Positions 1-9,924 of a stretch of 18,303 nucleotides of DNA are shown here, piece by piece. Made by a program: the position numbers and the translations under genes. The DNA lies in the NCBI RefSeq assembly GCF_003334815.1, contig NZ_QOWO01000054.1. The stretch is one strand, 5' to 3'. The DNA is from Escherichia coli. GTDB taxonomy: Bacteria > Pseudomonadota > Gammaproteobacteria > Enterobacterales > Enterobacteriaceae. The notes below the pieces were generated by a model that was given only the letters and a program-made list of their open reading frames with translations, was not told the origin of the DNA and made no database searches. The stretch's first letter is position 1, and every line of letters starts with the position of its first letter.

Positions 1-199
1 GACAGGCCGCTTCGTCGGGCTATTTCCCGAATCGACGCACCATCGCGAAAATGCCAGCGTCGAATTGCGCTCAATATCGCCACGTTTATCACTCCTTGAT
101 TTCTCCCGCCATATCCAGACGGGAAACAGTGTCATACGTGGGTCAAATTTCGACGCAAATCTTTACCCTAAGTGGGTCAATTTTAGATGCAACTCAACA
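1..199. mobile_element. Probable terminal region of an IS21-family element (IS1326-like, as in In2) abutting the 3' end of tniB
   Basis: Two direct repeats about 24 bp long and 20/24 identical (138..161 and 173..196, gtgggtcaa...gcaa), typical of the multiple subterminal repeats at IS21-family ends. The reverse complement of the sequence ending at 199 begins TGTTGAG. Tn21 In2 is known to carry IS1326 next to truncated tniB. The boundary is not verified. Confidence 0.3.
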
Positions 200-1063
200 G
201 GCCATGCTGAGTGTGCGATGGTTGATCGCTTCCTCGCCGCTCTCCACGGCGACGATGGCCGCCGCCATCAGCAAGTGCGCCAGTTCCCCTATGGTGCCCT
301 CGCTGCGTGTGAGCAGGTAGCGAGCCATGTCCAGCGTGGCAATTGGGGAAGGCCGGCGCAGCGGGAGCGAAGCGGCGAAGCTGGCCAGCAGTGAGCAGCA
401 ATCGTCGTTGGCCTCCCATACCGGCAGCATCATCGGCTCGAAGCGATTTTCCAACTGGTCATCGGAGCGGATGGCTAGGTAGGCGTCGCGCGTGCCTACC
501 CCAACCAACGGGATGCGCAGTTCGTTGCCGAGGAAGCGCAGCAGGTTGAGGAATTCCCGGCGGTTGACGCTGTTGCCGGCCAGCACGTTGTGCAGCTCGT
601 CGATCACCAGCATGCGCACGCCGACCTTGCGCAGCAGTGCCAGAGCCAGTTGCTCCATTTCCGGCAACCGTGGGCGTGGGCGCAGCGGCGCGCCCATCGC
701 GGCGAGCAGCGCGACGTAGAAGCGGATCACGGACGGCTCGGACGGCATCTGCACGACCAACACCGGGATGTGCTCCTGGTCGGCGTCGGAGCTGGCCGGG
801 TGGGTGCGGCGGAACTTCTCGACGATCATCGACTTGCCATTGTTGGTCGGGCCAACCAGCAGCAGGTTGGGCATGCGTTGCTTGTTTGGCCACGCATAAA
901 GGGCTTCCAGCCGGTTCAGCGCCTCGACTGCGCGCGGATAGCCGATCCAGCGGTCGGCGCGAAGGCGCTGGATGCGCTCGTCCGCCGGAAGACGGGCCAA
1001 GCCCTGGGCCGCCGGCAGCAGGTGGGACAGGTCGATGATGGGATATTCGTCCACGGCTACCAC
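194..1063 (-). CDS. tniB: TniB, Tn402/Tn5053-family transposition ATP-binding protein, probably the 3'-truncated tniB-delta form
   Basis: 289-aa ORF with Walker A motif GPTNNGKS and Walker B-like LVIDELH. It lies immediately downstream of tniA with a 7-nt overlap. The first codon at 1061..1063 is GTG. It is shorter than the roughly 302-aa full-length TniB I recall, and its stop falls inside the putative IS terminus. Confidence 0.8.
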   Translation of the reverse strand: MVAVDEYPIIDLSHLLPAAQGLARLPADERIQRLRADRWIGYPRAVEALNRLEALYAWPNKQRMPNLLLVGPTNNGKSMIVEKFRRTHPASSDADQEHIPVLVVQMPSEPSVIRFYVALLAAMGAPLRPRPRLPEMEQLALALLRKVGVRMLVIDELHNVLAGNSVNRREFLNLLRFLGNELRIPLVGVGTRDAYLAIRSDDQLENRFEPMMLPVWEANDDCCSLLASFAASLPLRRPSPIATLDMARYLLTRSEGTIGELAHLLMAAAIVAVESGEEAINHRTLSMAC

Positions 1064-2736
1064 TCCTCAATCTGGTCGAACGGTTTGGCGGGTGGCAAGT
1101 TGTCTGCCTGCGGGTCGGCAATATCCGTATCCGGCGGAACGGGCTTGTCCGGCCGAGCTGATGTCTTGAGGTGCTGGCGGCGATCCGCGTCACGCCGCGC
1201 CTTGCGTGTGGCCTTCTGCGCGCTGGTCACAATCTCACGCATCTGGCCGATCATGCGGAACAGCGCCGACTCATCCACCTGTTCGCGCCCTTGCTGCCGC
1301 AGTTTCGCCAGCGCCTGCCGTTGTTCCCAGAGGGTGACAGCCGGATGCGACAAGGTACGGTAGGGAATTTCCAGGTAATGCTGTCCCTCCGGTTCCAGGA
1401 CCCAGATACGGCTGATGTCGCGCGGATCGCGCCGGATCAGAAAGGACGGCCAGCGTTCACGCCGCGCAATCCACGGCTTGAGCGCATCGGCGTAGTAGTG
1501 GATGTGGTCGATGACAAAGCCGGTGCGGGTCAGCGTGCGCCGGAGGATCGGCAGAAAATCGACCAGGAACGAAGTAGCGCGTGTGACGACGGCCGGTACG
1601 CCGACACGCGCCACGGCCTCGGCCCAGCGCGCGGCCGGCGGTTGGAGCAGGCCGTTGTGCACCGAACCGTGGTAGGTGCCGACCGCCAATGTGAGCCAGC
1701 GCTCTAGCTCGCGCAGCGTCAGGGCGGCCTTGTTTTCGGAATCGTAGTCGCCGCGCTGGTCAGGGTTGGAGAAGGTCGTTCCCGGCAGTTCGTCGTGAAT
1801 CATCTGCATCGCCGTGCCGATGATCCGTTCCACGATGCCGCCATAGTGCGGCTGTCCCAGCGGGCGATAGTCCAGCCGGATGCCATGCTGCTCGCAACCC
1901 CGGCGCAGGGCCTCGCTCTTGAACTCGGCCGCGTTGTCTAGGTAGAGCAGCAAGGGCTTGCCGCTCATCTGCCAATCCATTTCCACGTTCAGTCCTTCCA
2001 GCCAAGGGCGCTTGTCGCAGGCGACATGCACGAGGCACAGGCCAACCGAAACGGCAGACGGCGCTTCCAGCGTGACGACCATGCCGAGCACGCAGCGGGT
2101 GAACACGTCGATGGCGAGGGTCAGGTACGGGCGGCCAATAGGTTGCCGGTCGCGGTCATCGACCACGATCAGGTCGATGACCGTATGGTCTATCTGCACC
2201 TGCTCCAGCGGCGCGGTCACGGCAGGAGGCTCGCCGCCCACACCTTGTAGGTCACGAGCGGCATCCTGGCCTTCCCGCCGGCGGATGACCTTGCGCGGGT
2301 CAAGGCTAGCGATCCGTAAGGCCACGGTATTGCGCGCCGGCACTCGCAGTTTTTGAGCCTTGCACACCTGAGTGACTTCGCGGTGAAAGGCCGCTAGGCT
2401 GCGCTTCTGCTTGGTCAGGAACCGCTTTTGCAGTAGCTCGTGGATGACGCGCTCGACCGGTTCCGGCAAGCGCCCCTTACCTTTACCTCCACCGGACTGG
2501 CCGGGCACCAGATCCGTCACGAGGCCGCTGCCTTGCCGGGCACGCCGGATCAGAACGTATACCTGGCGCCGAGACAAGCCCAGCGCCTGAGCCGCCATAT
2601 CGGCCGCTTCGTGCCCGACCGTCTCCGACTGCGCCAACGGACTGATGATCTCCGCACGACGGCGCGCACGCTCCCAAGCCTCATCAGGCAGAGTGGCCAC
2701 GCCTTGTTCTGGAATCCGTGGGGTGTCCGTCGCCAT
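1057..2736 (-). CDS. tniA: TniA, Tn402/Tn5053-family DDE transposase
   Basis: 559-aa protein starting MATDTPRIPEQ at the ATG at 2734..2736, preceded by GAGGTG. The longer 571-aa ORF in the track is an upstream extension. Position next to IRt matches Tn402-type elements. Confidence 0.9.
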   Translation of the reverse strand: MATDTPRIPEQGVATLPDEAWERARRRAEIISPLAQSETVGHEAADMAAQALGLSRRQVYVLIRRARQGSGLVTDLVPGQSGGGKGKGRLPEPVERVIHELLQKRFLTKQKRSLAAFHREVTQVCKAQKLRVPARNTVALRIASLDPRKVIRRREGQDAARDLQGVGGEPPAVTAPLEQVQIDHTVIDLIVVDDRDRQPIGRPYLTLAIDVFTRCVLGMVVTLEAPSAVSVGLCLVHVACDKRPWLEGLNVEMDWQMSGKPLLLYLDNAAEFKSEALRRGCEQHGIRLDYRPLGQPHYGGIVERIIGTAMQMIHDELPGTTFSNPDQRGDYDSENKAALTLRELERWLTLAVGTYHGSVHNGLLQPPAARWAEAVARVGVPAVVTRATSFLVDFLPILRRTLTRTGFVIDHIHYYADALKPWIARRERWPSFLIRRDPRDISRIWVLEPEGQHYLEIPYRTLSHPAVTLWEQRQALAKLRQQGREQVDESALFRMIGQMREIVTSAQKATRKARRDADRRQHLKTSARPDKPVPPDTDIADPQADNLPPAKPFDQIEEW

Positions 2737-2751
2737 GCTCACCTCGCTTTG

Positions 2752-2877
2752 GTGCACACGAGTATTGAGCATAGTCGAGATTGGTGCAGATCACTTCTGA
2801 TATTGAACTGTCAGGAGCTGGCTGCACAACAGCCATTACGCCCAATCAACTGGTGCAGTCGTCTTCTGAAAATGACA
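2752..2877. repeat. Tn402/class 1 integron t-end: 25-bp IRt at 2853..2877 plus subterminal TniA-binding-type repeats
   Basis: 2853..2877 reads gtgcagtcgtcttctgaaaatgaca, whose reverse complement TGTCATTTTCAGAAGACGACTGCAC matches the IRt sequence as I recall it. Similar g(g/c)tgca(c/g)-initiated repeats start near 2752, 2784 and 2822. Confidence 0.8.
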
Positions 2878-3518
2878 TCCATGCCCAGCCCGTGCGCGAG
2901 CTGGATCACCGCCCGCACGATAGTTTGGTCACGGGCATCATCCGGGAGCCTGGCGACAAAGGATTGGTCGATTTTCAATGTGGTGATGGGGCAGCATTTC
3001 AGATGTTGCAGGCAGGAATAGCCGGTGCCGAAGTCGTCGGCGGCGAAGCGCACGCCGATGGCGCGCAAGGCGTCGAAACTGGCGAACAGGGCTGGATTGC
3101 CGAATGCGACCGATTCGGTCAGTTCGATCTCCAGAAGCTCGGCGGGCAGGGCCATATCGGCCAGCACCCGCTTTACCTCGTCGTCGAACGTTGGCCCAAC
3201 CTGGCTGGCGGACACATTGATGGCAAGACGGAACGGTTGCCATGCCGGTCCTTGCCACTTGTGCATCTGGCGACAGGCCTCGCCCAGCACCCACGCGCCT
3301 ATTTCCGGCATCAGGCCGAACGACTCGGCCAGCGGCAGGAACTGGCCGGGCGGCAACAGGCCAAGCCTCGGATGCCGCCAGCGCATCAACGCTTCCGCGC
3401 CAGCGATCCGGTGATCGCGCAGATCGACCAGCGGCTGGTAATGCAGGTCAAGCTGTCCGCGCGCCGCCGCCTGCGCCAACTCGGCCGCCGTCCATCCGGC
3501 GGGCTGCGAACTCGTCAT
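2811..3518 (-). CDS. urf2: urf2 (urf2M), EAL-domain protein and putative c-di-GMP phosphodiesterase, 3' end disrupted by the In2 insertion
   Basis: EAL-domain motifs are present: YQPLV, GAEALMRW, ELTES, DDFGTGYS, LKIDQSFV. Homology ends after ...HGLGMD at the IRt boundary (2877/2878); the last about 21 codons are read from integron sequence. The ATG at 3516..3518 overlaps the merE stop as ATGA. Confidence 0.7.
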   Translation of the reverse strand: MTSSQPAGWTAAELAQAAARGQLDLHYQPLVDLRDHRIAGAEALMRWRHPRLGLLPPGQFLPLAESFGLMPEIGAWVLGEACRQMHKWQGPAWQPFRLAINVSASQVGPTFDDEVKRVLADMALPAELLEIELTESVAFGNPALFASFDALRAIGVRFAADDFGTGYSCLQHLKCCPITTLKIDQSFVARLPDDARDQTIVRAVIQLAHGLGMDVIFRRRLHQLIGRNGCCAASS

Positions 3519-3751
3519 GATCCGCCCCGGAAGGCGCGCAGCAGCCGCGTTACGGCCAGAACGAACAAGCCGGTCAGCGCGAGCGCGGCAACACCCCAAT
3601 GCTCGCCAAGGAAGGCACCGGCGGTCGTCCCGGCCAGCACGGCGGCGAGAATCGGCAGATGGCAGGGGCAGGTCAACACGGCCAGCGCACCCCACAGGTA
3701 GCCGGAAACGGGTTGGCGCGTCTCGGGCGGCAGTTTGTCAGGGGCGTTCAC
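3515..3751 (-). CDS. merE: MerE, small membrane mercury transport protein
   Basis: 78 aa, (V)[37 protein letters not shown]..., with a GTG start at 3749..3751 that overlaps the merD stop as GTGA. The longer ORF in the track is an upstream extension. Confidence 0.85.
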   Translation of the reverse strand: MNAPDKLPPETRQPVSGYLWGALAVLTCPCHLPILAAVLAGTTAGAFLGEHWGVAALALTGLFVLAVTRLLRAFRGGS

Positions 3752-4110
3752 GGCAATGCCTCCTCGTGCGCCCGCTCGGCTGGCATGGAGGCCAGTTGCG
3801 CGTCCAGATGGGCCAACGCCGCGCGCCGCCGCTCGACCAACTGGCGCAGCACGGCAAGCTGCGCTGCGGCTTGTGCGCCGTCCGCTGCGTCGAGCGCACG
3901 GCACAGCCGCGCCAGGGCATCCAGGCCGATACCCGCCTCGAAGGCCGCGCGCACGAAGCACAGCCGTTGCAAGGCCGCATCGTCGAACACGCCGTAGCCG
4001 CCCGTGGTGCAGGCCACCGGCCGTAACAAGCCGCGCACCAGGTAGTCGCGCACGATATGTACGCTCACCCCAGCGTTATGGGCCAGTTGCGATACCGTGT
4101 AGGCGCTCAT
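3748..4110 (-). CDS. merD: MerD, MerR-family co-regulator of the mer operon
   Basis: 120 aa starting [29 protein letters not shown], with an N-terminal helix-turn-helix. Sits immediately downstream of merA. Confidence 0.9.
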   Translation of the reverse strand: MSAYTVSQLAHNAGVSVHIVRDYLVRGLLRPVACTTGGYGVFDDAALQRLCFVRAAFEAGIGLDALARLCRALDAADGAQAAAQLAVLRQLVERRRAALAHLDAQLASMPAERAHEEALP

Positions 4111-4127
4111 CGCACACCTCCTTGTCC

Positions 4128-5873
<1,746 letters not shown>

Positions 5874-6296
5874 TCACAAGCGCTTGGCGGGGAGTTCGCA
5901 GCCGTCCGGTCCGCAACGGCGATGCGCCGGCGACACGAAGTCCCAGATCGACACCCCAATCATCAAGGCCAGGCCGACGTACATCAGGTTCGCCGTCCAC
6001 CAGTTGCCGAGCAGCCAGACCGTGGCCGCAAACACGATGGCCGGGCCGATCATGCCGAGCAGACTGCGCAGCCATTGCCGATGACTGAACCAACCCAGCG
6101 CGTTCGCCAGGAAGGCCAGCGCGGCAAACAGCGGCAGCAGGCGGCTGATGAACAGTCCCTCGTACTGGCTCAAGAAGCCCAGCCCGATGGCCGCGCCGAA
6201 GCTGGCGAGGGCTGGAAAGCAGGCGGCGCAGCCCATCGCGGAAACGACGCTGCCGAGCGCGCCGGTTTTATCGGCAATGCGTGTCATCAGTCCCAT
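5874..6296 (-). CDS. merC: MerC, inner-membrane mercury transporter
   Basis: 140 aa from MGLMTRIADKTGALGSV..., several transmembrane segments and a GCAAC motif. Located between merP and merA as in Tn21. The track ORF adds 13 upstream codons. Confidence 0.9.
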   Translation of the reverse strand: MGLMTRIADKTGALGSVVSAMGCAACFPALASFGAAIGLGFLSQYEGLFISRLLPLFAALAFLANALGWFSHRQWLRSLLGMIGPAIVFAATVWLLGNWWTANLMYVGLALMIGVSIWDFVSPAHRRCGPDGCELPAKRL

Positions 6297-6331
6297 GAAG
6301 CGGCTCTCGCTGTTGTCGTTGGCTTGCTGGC

Positions 6332-6607
6332 TCACTGCTTGACGCTGGACGGATAGCCGGCGTCTGCGGTGGCCTTGGTCAGCTTCTGTACGCTGGCCTT
6401 GGTGTCGTCAAAAGTGACGACGGCCTCGCGCTTCTCGAAGCCCACATCGACCTTGCTCACGCCTTCGACCTTGGAGAGCGCTTTCTTGACTGTGATCGGG
6501 CAGGCGGCGCAAGTCATGCCGGGAACCGCTAGCGTGACGGTCTGGGTAGCGGCCCACACCGGGGCAACAGCGGCGGCGAGGGCAAGGGAGGCAAACAGTT
6601 TCTTCAT
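6332..6607 (-). CDS. merP: MerP, periplasmic mercury-binding protein
   Basis: 91 aa, MKKLFASLALAAAVAPVWA signal peptide followed by the GMTCAAC heavy-metal-binding motif. The track ORF has a 16-codon upstream extension. Confidence 0.95.
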   Translation of the reverse strand: MKKLFASLALAAAVAPVWAATQTVTLAVPGMTCAACPITVKKALSKVEGVSKVDVGFEKREAVVTFDDTKASVQKLTKATADAGYPSSVKQ

Positions 6608-6620
6608 GATGAACTCCTGG

Positions 6621-6971
6621 TTAATAGAAAAATGGAACGACATAGGGAAATCCAAGCGCGACCAGGACCAGCACGGCCACGATCCAGAAAATCAGCTTGT
6701 AGGTGGCGCGCACCTGCGGAATCGCGCAGACCTCACCTGGCTTGCATGCCTGCACGGGCCGGTAAATCCGCTTCCAGGCGAAGAACAGCGCCACTAGCGC
6801 CGCGCCGATGAACAACGGTCGATAGGGTTCCAGCACCGTCAGGTTGCCGATCCAAGCACCGGAGAAGCCCAGGGCGACCAGTACTAGCGGCCCCAGGCAG
6901 CAGGTCGATGCAAGAATGGCGGCCAGCCCGCCGGCGAAGAGCGCACCGCGCCCGTTTTGTGGTTCAGACAT
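6621..6971 (-). CDS. merT: MerT, mercuric ion transport protein
   Basis: 116 aa from [28 protein letters not shown]..., with the vicinal Cys pair in the first transmembrane segment. The ATG is at 6969..6971. Confidence 0.95.
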
Positions 6972-7000
6972 ACGTTGGCCCTTTTGAATTTGGATTGGAT

Positions 7001-7042
7001 AGCGTAACCTTACTTCCGTACTCATGTACGGAGTCAAGCGAT
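7001..7042. promoter_or_regulatory. mer operator/promoter: MerR-binding dyad inside the PmerT spacer, divergent from merR
   Basis: On the minus strand, -35 TTGACT (7033..7038) and -10 TAAGGT (7007..7012) are separated by a 19-bp spacer that holds the dyad TCCGTAC-ATGA-GTACGGA (7015..7032). This matches the Tn21/Tn501 merOP architecture. Confidence 0.85.
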
Positions 7043-7477
7043 ATGGAAAATAATTTGGAAAACCTGACCATTGGCGTTTTTGCCAAGGCGGCCGGGGTCA
7101 ACGTGGAGACAATCCGCTTCTATCAGCGCAAGGGCCTGTTGCGGGAACCGGACAAGCCTTACGGCAGCATCCGCCGCTATGGGGAGGCGGACGTGGTTCG
7201 GGTGAAATTCGTGAAATCGGCACAGCGGCTGGGGTTCAGTCTGGACGAGATTGCCGAGCTGTTGCGGCTCGACGATGGCACCCACTGCGAGGAGGCCAGC
7301 AGCCTGGCCGAACACAAGCTCAAGGACGTGCGCGAGAAGATGGCCGACTTGGCGCGCATGGAAACCGTGCTGTCTGAACTCGTGTGCGCCTGCCATGCAC
7401 GAAAGGGGAATGTTTCCTGCCCGTTGATCGCGTCACTACAGGGCGAAGCAGGCCTGGCAAGGTCAGCTATGCCTTAG
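7043..7477 (+). CDS. merR: MerR, Hg(II)-responsive transcriptional regulator
   Basis: 144 aa starting [33 protein letters not shown], with an N-terminal helix-turn-helix and C-terminal Cys residues. Transcribed divergently from merT. The track ORF has a 45-codon upstream extension. Confidence 0.95.
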
Positions 7478-7510
7478 CGTGCTTTATTTTCCGTTTTCTG
7501 AGGTGCCCCC
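7473..7510. repeat. IRmer, the 38-bp terminal inverted repeat of a Tn21-family (Tn3-superfamily) transposon
   Basis: cttagcgtgctttattttccgttttctgaggtgccccc is the reverse complement of the GGGGGCACCTCAGAAAACGGAAAATAAAGCACGCTAAG terminus. It overlaps the merR stop as in Tn21. Confidence 0.85.
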
Positions 7511-7551
7511 TTGAAGATCAACTGGCGAAATCAGTTGCTAATATCCTGTAA
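7511..7551 (+). pseudogene. traT: Probable 3' remnant of traT (surface exclusion lipoprotein), truncated by the Tn21-family insertion
   Basis: The frame ending at TAA 7549..7551 encodes (L)EDQLAKSVANIL, matching the F/R100 TraT C-terminus ...EDQLAKSIANIL as I recall it. It lies 141 bp upstream of traD, where traT sits in F-like plasmids. Confidence 0.5.
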
Positions 7552-7558
7552 GACTTTC

Positions 7559-7579
7559 CGGGTGGCCAGCGGTCACCCG
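7559..7579 (+). terminator. Possible stem-loop after the traT remnant (weak terminator candidate)
   Basis: cgggtggcc-agc-ggtcacccg forms a 9-bp stem with a 3-nt loop, followed by T-rich but interrupted sequence. Confidence 0.25.
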
Positions 7580-7692
7580 TATTAAAACGCTTCTCTGTTA
7601 TTTTATTCTCCGCAGTAATCAGAATAAACTCGTTCTGTTTGTAAGGTTTTTTCTGAAGCACCTTCACTGAGTATTATTCTCCGGAAAATATT

Positions 7693-9924
7693 ATGAGTCT
7701 GAATCCTCGCGACTTAACGCAGGGTGGTCAGGTTGCTTTTATGCGCCTGAAAATGTTCCTGCAAATAAATAACCTGATTTCTTATTATGTCATCATGGGG
7801 ACAGTGTTATTTGGTATTGCCGTCCTGCTGATGCGAATAAGCATCCAGAATCTGACCAACGGTATTATTTACTGGTTTGTCCGGATGATTTCACCTTTTA
7901 CGGAAAAAATGGTGAGTCAGCCTGTCTATACCATCCGTTATTACGAACATAAGCTGCAGTACAGTGCACGTCAGATACTGAATGATGATTACACCGTATA
8001 TTGCGGTCAGTTGCTGAAGCAGGAGCTGATTATTGCTGGTTGCGCCGCGCTGCTGGTCGCCTTTGTGGCCACATTCGCCGTGTACTGGTATATCGGGCGC
8101 ACCGGTCGCCAGCAGAGTGAGGATGAAATCATCGGGGGCCGCGCTCTCAGTGAGTCACCAAAAGACGTTGCCCGGATGATGAAAAAACGTGGGGAAGCAT
8201 CCGATATCCGCATCGATGACCTGCCGCTGAAGCTGGATTCTGAAATACAGAATATGTCCATGCACGGTACTGTATCGACCGGTAAGTCCACTCTGATGCG
8301 CAAGATTATGAAGCAACTGCGCGACAGGGGGGACCTGGTCATTATCTACGACAAGGGCTGTACGTTCATTGAGGATTTCTACGATGAATCCCGGGATAAA
8401 GTGCTTAATGCGCTGGATGCCCGTTGCCCCAACTGGGATTTGTGGGAAGAGTGCCGTACGATTTCCGAACTGGAGAATGCCAGTGCAACCTTGATCCCGG
8501 CCAGCAGTGGTGAAGATCCGTTCTGGCAGGGCAGTGCGCGTACCATCTTTGCGGAAGGCGCAGAACGCATGCGCAGGGATGAAGACCGCAGCTACAATAA
8601 ATTCCTGCGCACTCTGCTGGCTATTCAGCTTGATCAACTGAGAACGTTTCTTGCCGGCACGCCCGCTTCCACCCTAGTTGACGGTAAGATTGAGAAGACC
8701 GCCATTTCCATCCGCAGCGTGCTGACTAACTACGTCAAGGCGATGCGTTATCTGCAGGGTATCGACAGGCCCGGACGCGAAAAGTTTACCATCCGGGAAT
8801 GGATGAAGGGCCAGGCCGATAAATCGAAAAATGGCTGGCTCTTTATTACCTCCGACGAACAGAACCATGAGTCTCTTAAGCCATTGATTTCACTGTGGCT
8901 AAGTATTGCAGCCACCAGTCTGCTGGCGATGGGGCCGAACCGCCAGCGACGTGTCTGGTTTTTTTATGACGAACTGGCTTCTTTACACAAATTACCGACT
9001 CTGCCACGAATTATTTCGGAGGCGCGTAAGTTTGGCGGCTGTTTTGTCCTGGGCTTCCAGAGCTTCGCACAGCTGGAAGAAATTTACGGCCCGAAAGCGG
9101 CGGCGGCGCTGTTTGACCTGCTGAATACCAAATTCTTCTTCCGCTCCCCGAGCGCCCAGATTGCGAAGTTTGTGGAGGAAGATATCGGTGAAACCTGGCG
9201 AAAAAAATTCAGTGAACAGACCAGCTTTGGTCATGAACAGGTGCGTGACGGGATTTCTTTTGGCAAGGAAGAAGAACGCGTCAGTATTGTCAGCTACTCC
9301 GATGTGCAGTCCCTGAACGACCTGCAGTGTTTTGTCACCCTGCCGGGAAGTTATCCGGTGGTGAAACTGACAATGAAGTATGAGGCGATGCCCAAAGTGG
9401 CTGACTCGCTGTTGTTGCGTGATGTACAGACCAGTCTGGATCAGATGCTTGAAGATGAAATTACCCGTCGCACTGAAGAAGAGAGGCATAAGTTTGCCGG
9501 CCTGTTCGAAGGGGCGTCGTTAATTCAGGCTGTTCCGGAGAGTAATCTGTCGAATACGCCCCCTCCTTCTGCCGGCCGGGTGGCTGCTGTTCTTGCGGAA
9601 ACAAACACACCTCCTGAGACGCGCACATTACAGACAGAAAACGCTGCCGGCGATGCAGATACCAAAAACACGGGATCCACTGCTGTTGCAGCGGAAGGTG
9701 GCTCCACCTCCACCGGAGGAACTGAGCGGGATATTGAACAGGATTTACCTAAGGACGTTCCTCCGGGTCTGAACAGCGATGGTGAGGTGGTGGATTCCGA
9801 AGCGTATGAGGACTGGGTTCAGGCTTCACATCAGACCCGCGATATGACCCGCAGGGAAGAGGTCAACATCAATCATGCGACAGATAAAGCGCGTGATTTT
9901 GATGACGACAGGGAGGTGTTCTGA
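7693..9924 (+). CDS. traD: TraD, type IV coupling protein of an F-like conjugation system
   Basis: 743 aa, collinear with F TraD (MSLNPRDLTQGGQ vs F MSFNAKDMTQGGQ), N-terminal transmembrane segments, Walker A HGTVSTGKST, acidic C-terminus ending DDDREVF. Divergent from F itself. Confidence 0.95.
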   Translation: MSLNPRDLTQGGQVAFMRLKMFLQINNLISYYVIMGTVLFGIAVLLMRISIQNLTNGIIYWFVRMISPFTEKMVSQPVYTIRYYEHKLQYSARQILNDDYTVYCGQLLKQELIIAGCAALLVAFVATFAVYWYIGRTGRQQSEDEIIGGRALSESPKDVARMMKKRGEASDIRIDDLPLKLDSEIQNMSMHGTVSTGKSTLMRKIMKQLRDRGDLVIIYDKGCTFIEDFYDESRDKVLNALDARCPNWDLWEECRTISELENASATLIPASSGEDPFWQGSARTIFAEGAERMRRDEDRSYNKFLRTLLAIQLDQLRTFLAGTPASTLVDGKIEKTAISIRSVLTNYVKAMRYLQGIDRPGREKFTIREWMKGQADKSKNGWLFITSDEQNHESLKPLISLWLSIAATSLLAMGPNRQRRVWFFYDELASLHKLPTLPRIISEARKFGGCFVLGFQSFAQLEEIYGPKAAAALFDLLNTKFFFRSPSAQIAKFVEEDIGETWRKKFSEQTSFGHEQVRDGISFGKEEERVSIVSYSDVQSLNDLQCFVTLPGSYPVVKLTMKYEAMPKVADSLLLRDVQTSLDQMLEDEITRRTEEERHKFAGLFEGASLIQAVPESNLSNTPPPSAGRVAAVLAETNTPPETRTLQTENAAGDADTKNTGSTAVAAEGGSTSTGGTERDIEQDLPKDVPPGLNSDGEVVDSEAYEDWVQASHQTRDMTRREEVNINHATDKARDFDDDREVF

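Noticed and set aside
590-1363. Long plus-strand ORFs (590..1363, 637..1038, 343..549 and others) antisense to tniB and tniA
   Set aside because: They lie wholly inside well-supported minus-strand genes in GC-rich DNA, where stop-free antisense frames arise by chance. The translations are Arg/Ala/Gly-rich with no recognisable domain.
2781-3701. 306-aa plus-strand ORF antisense to urf2 and merE, plus similar antisense ORFs across merD and merA (3735..4409, 4621..5640, 5160..5612)
   Set aside because: Same reasoning: antisense to a conserved operon, low-complexity translations, no RBS context.
7580-7692. A defined traD promoter in the traT-traD intergenic region
   Set aside because: Only weak hexamer matches with poor spacing; not enough to call without transcript data.
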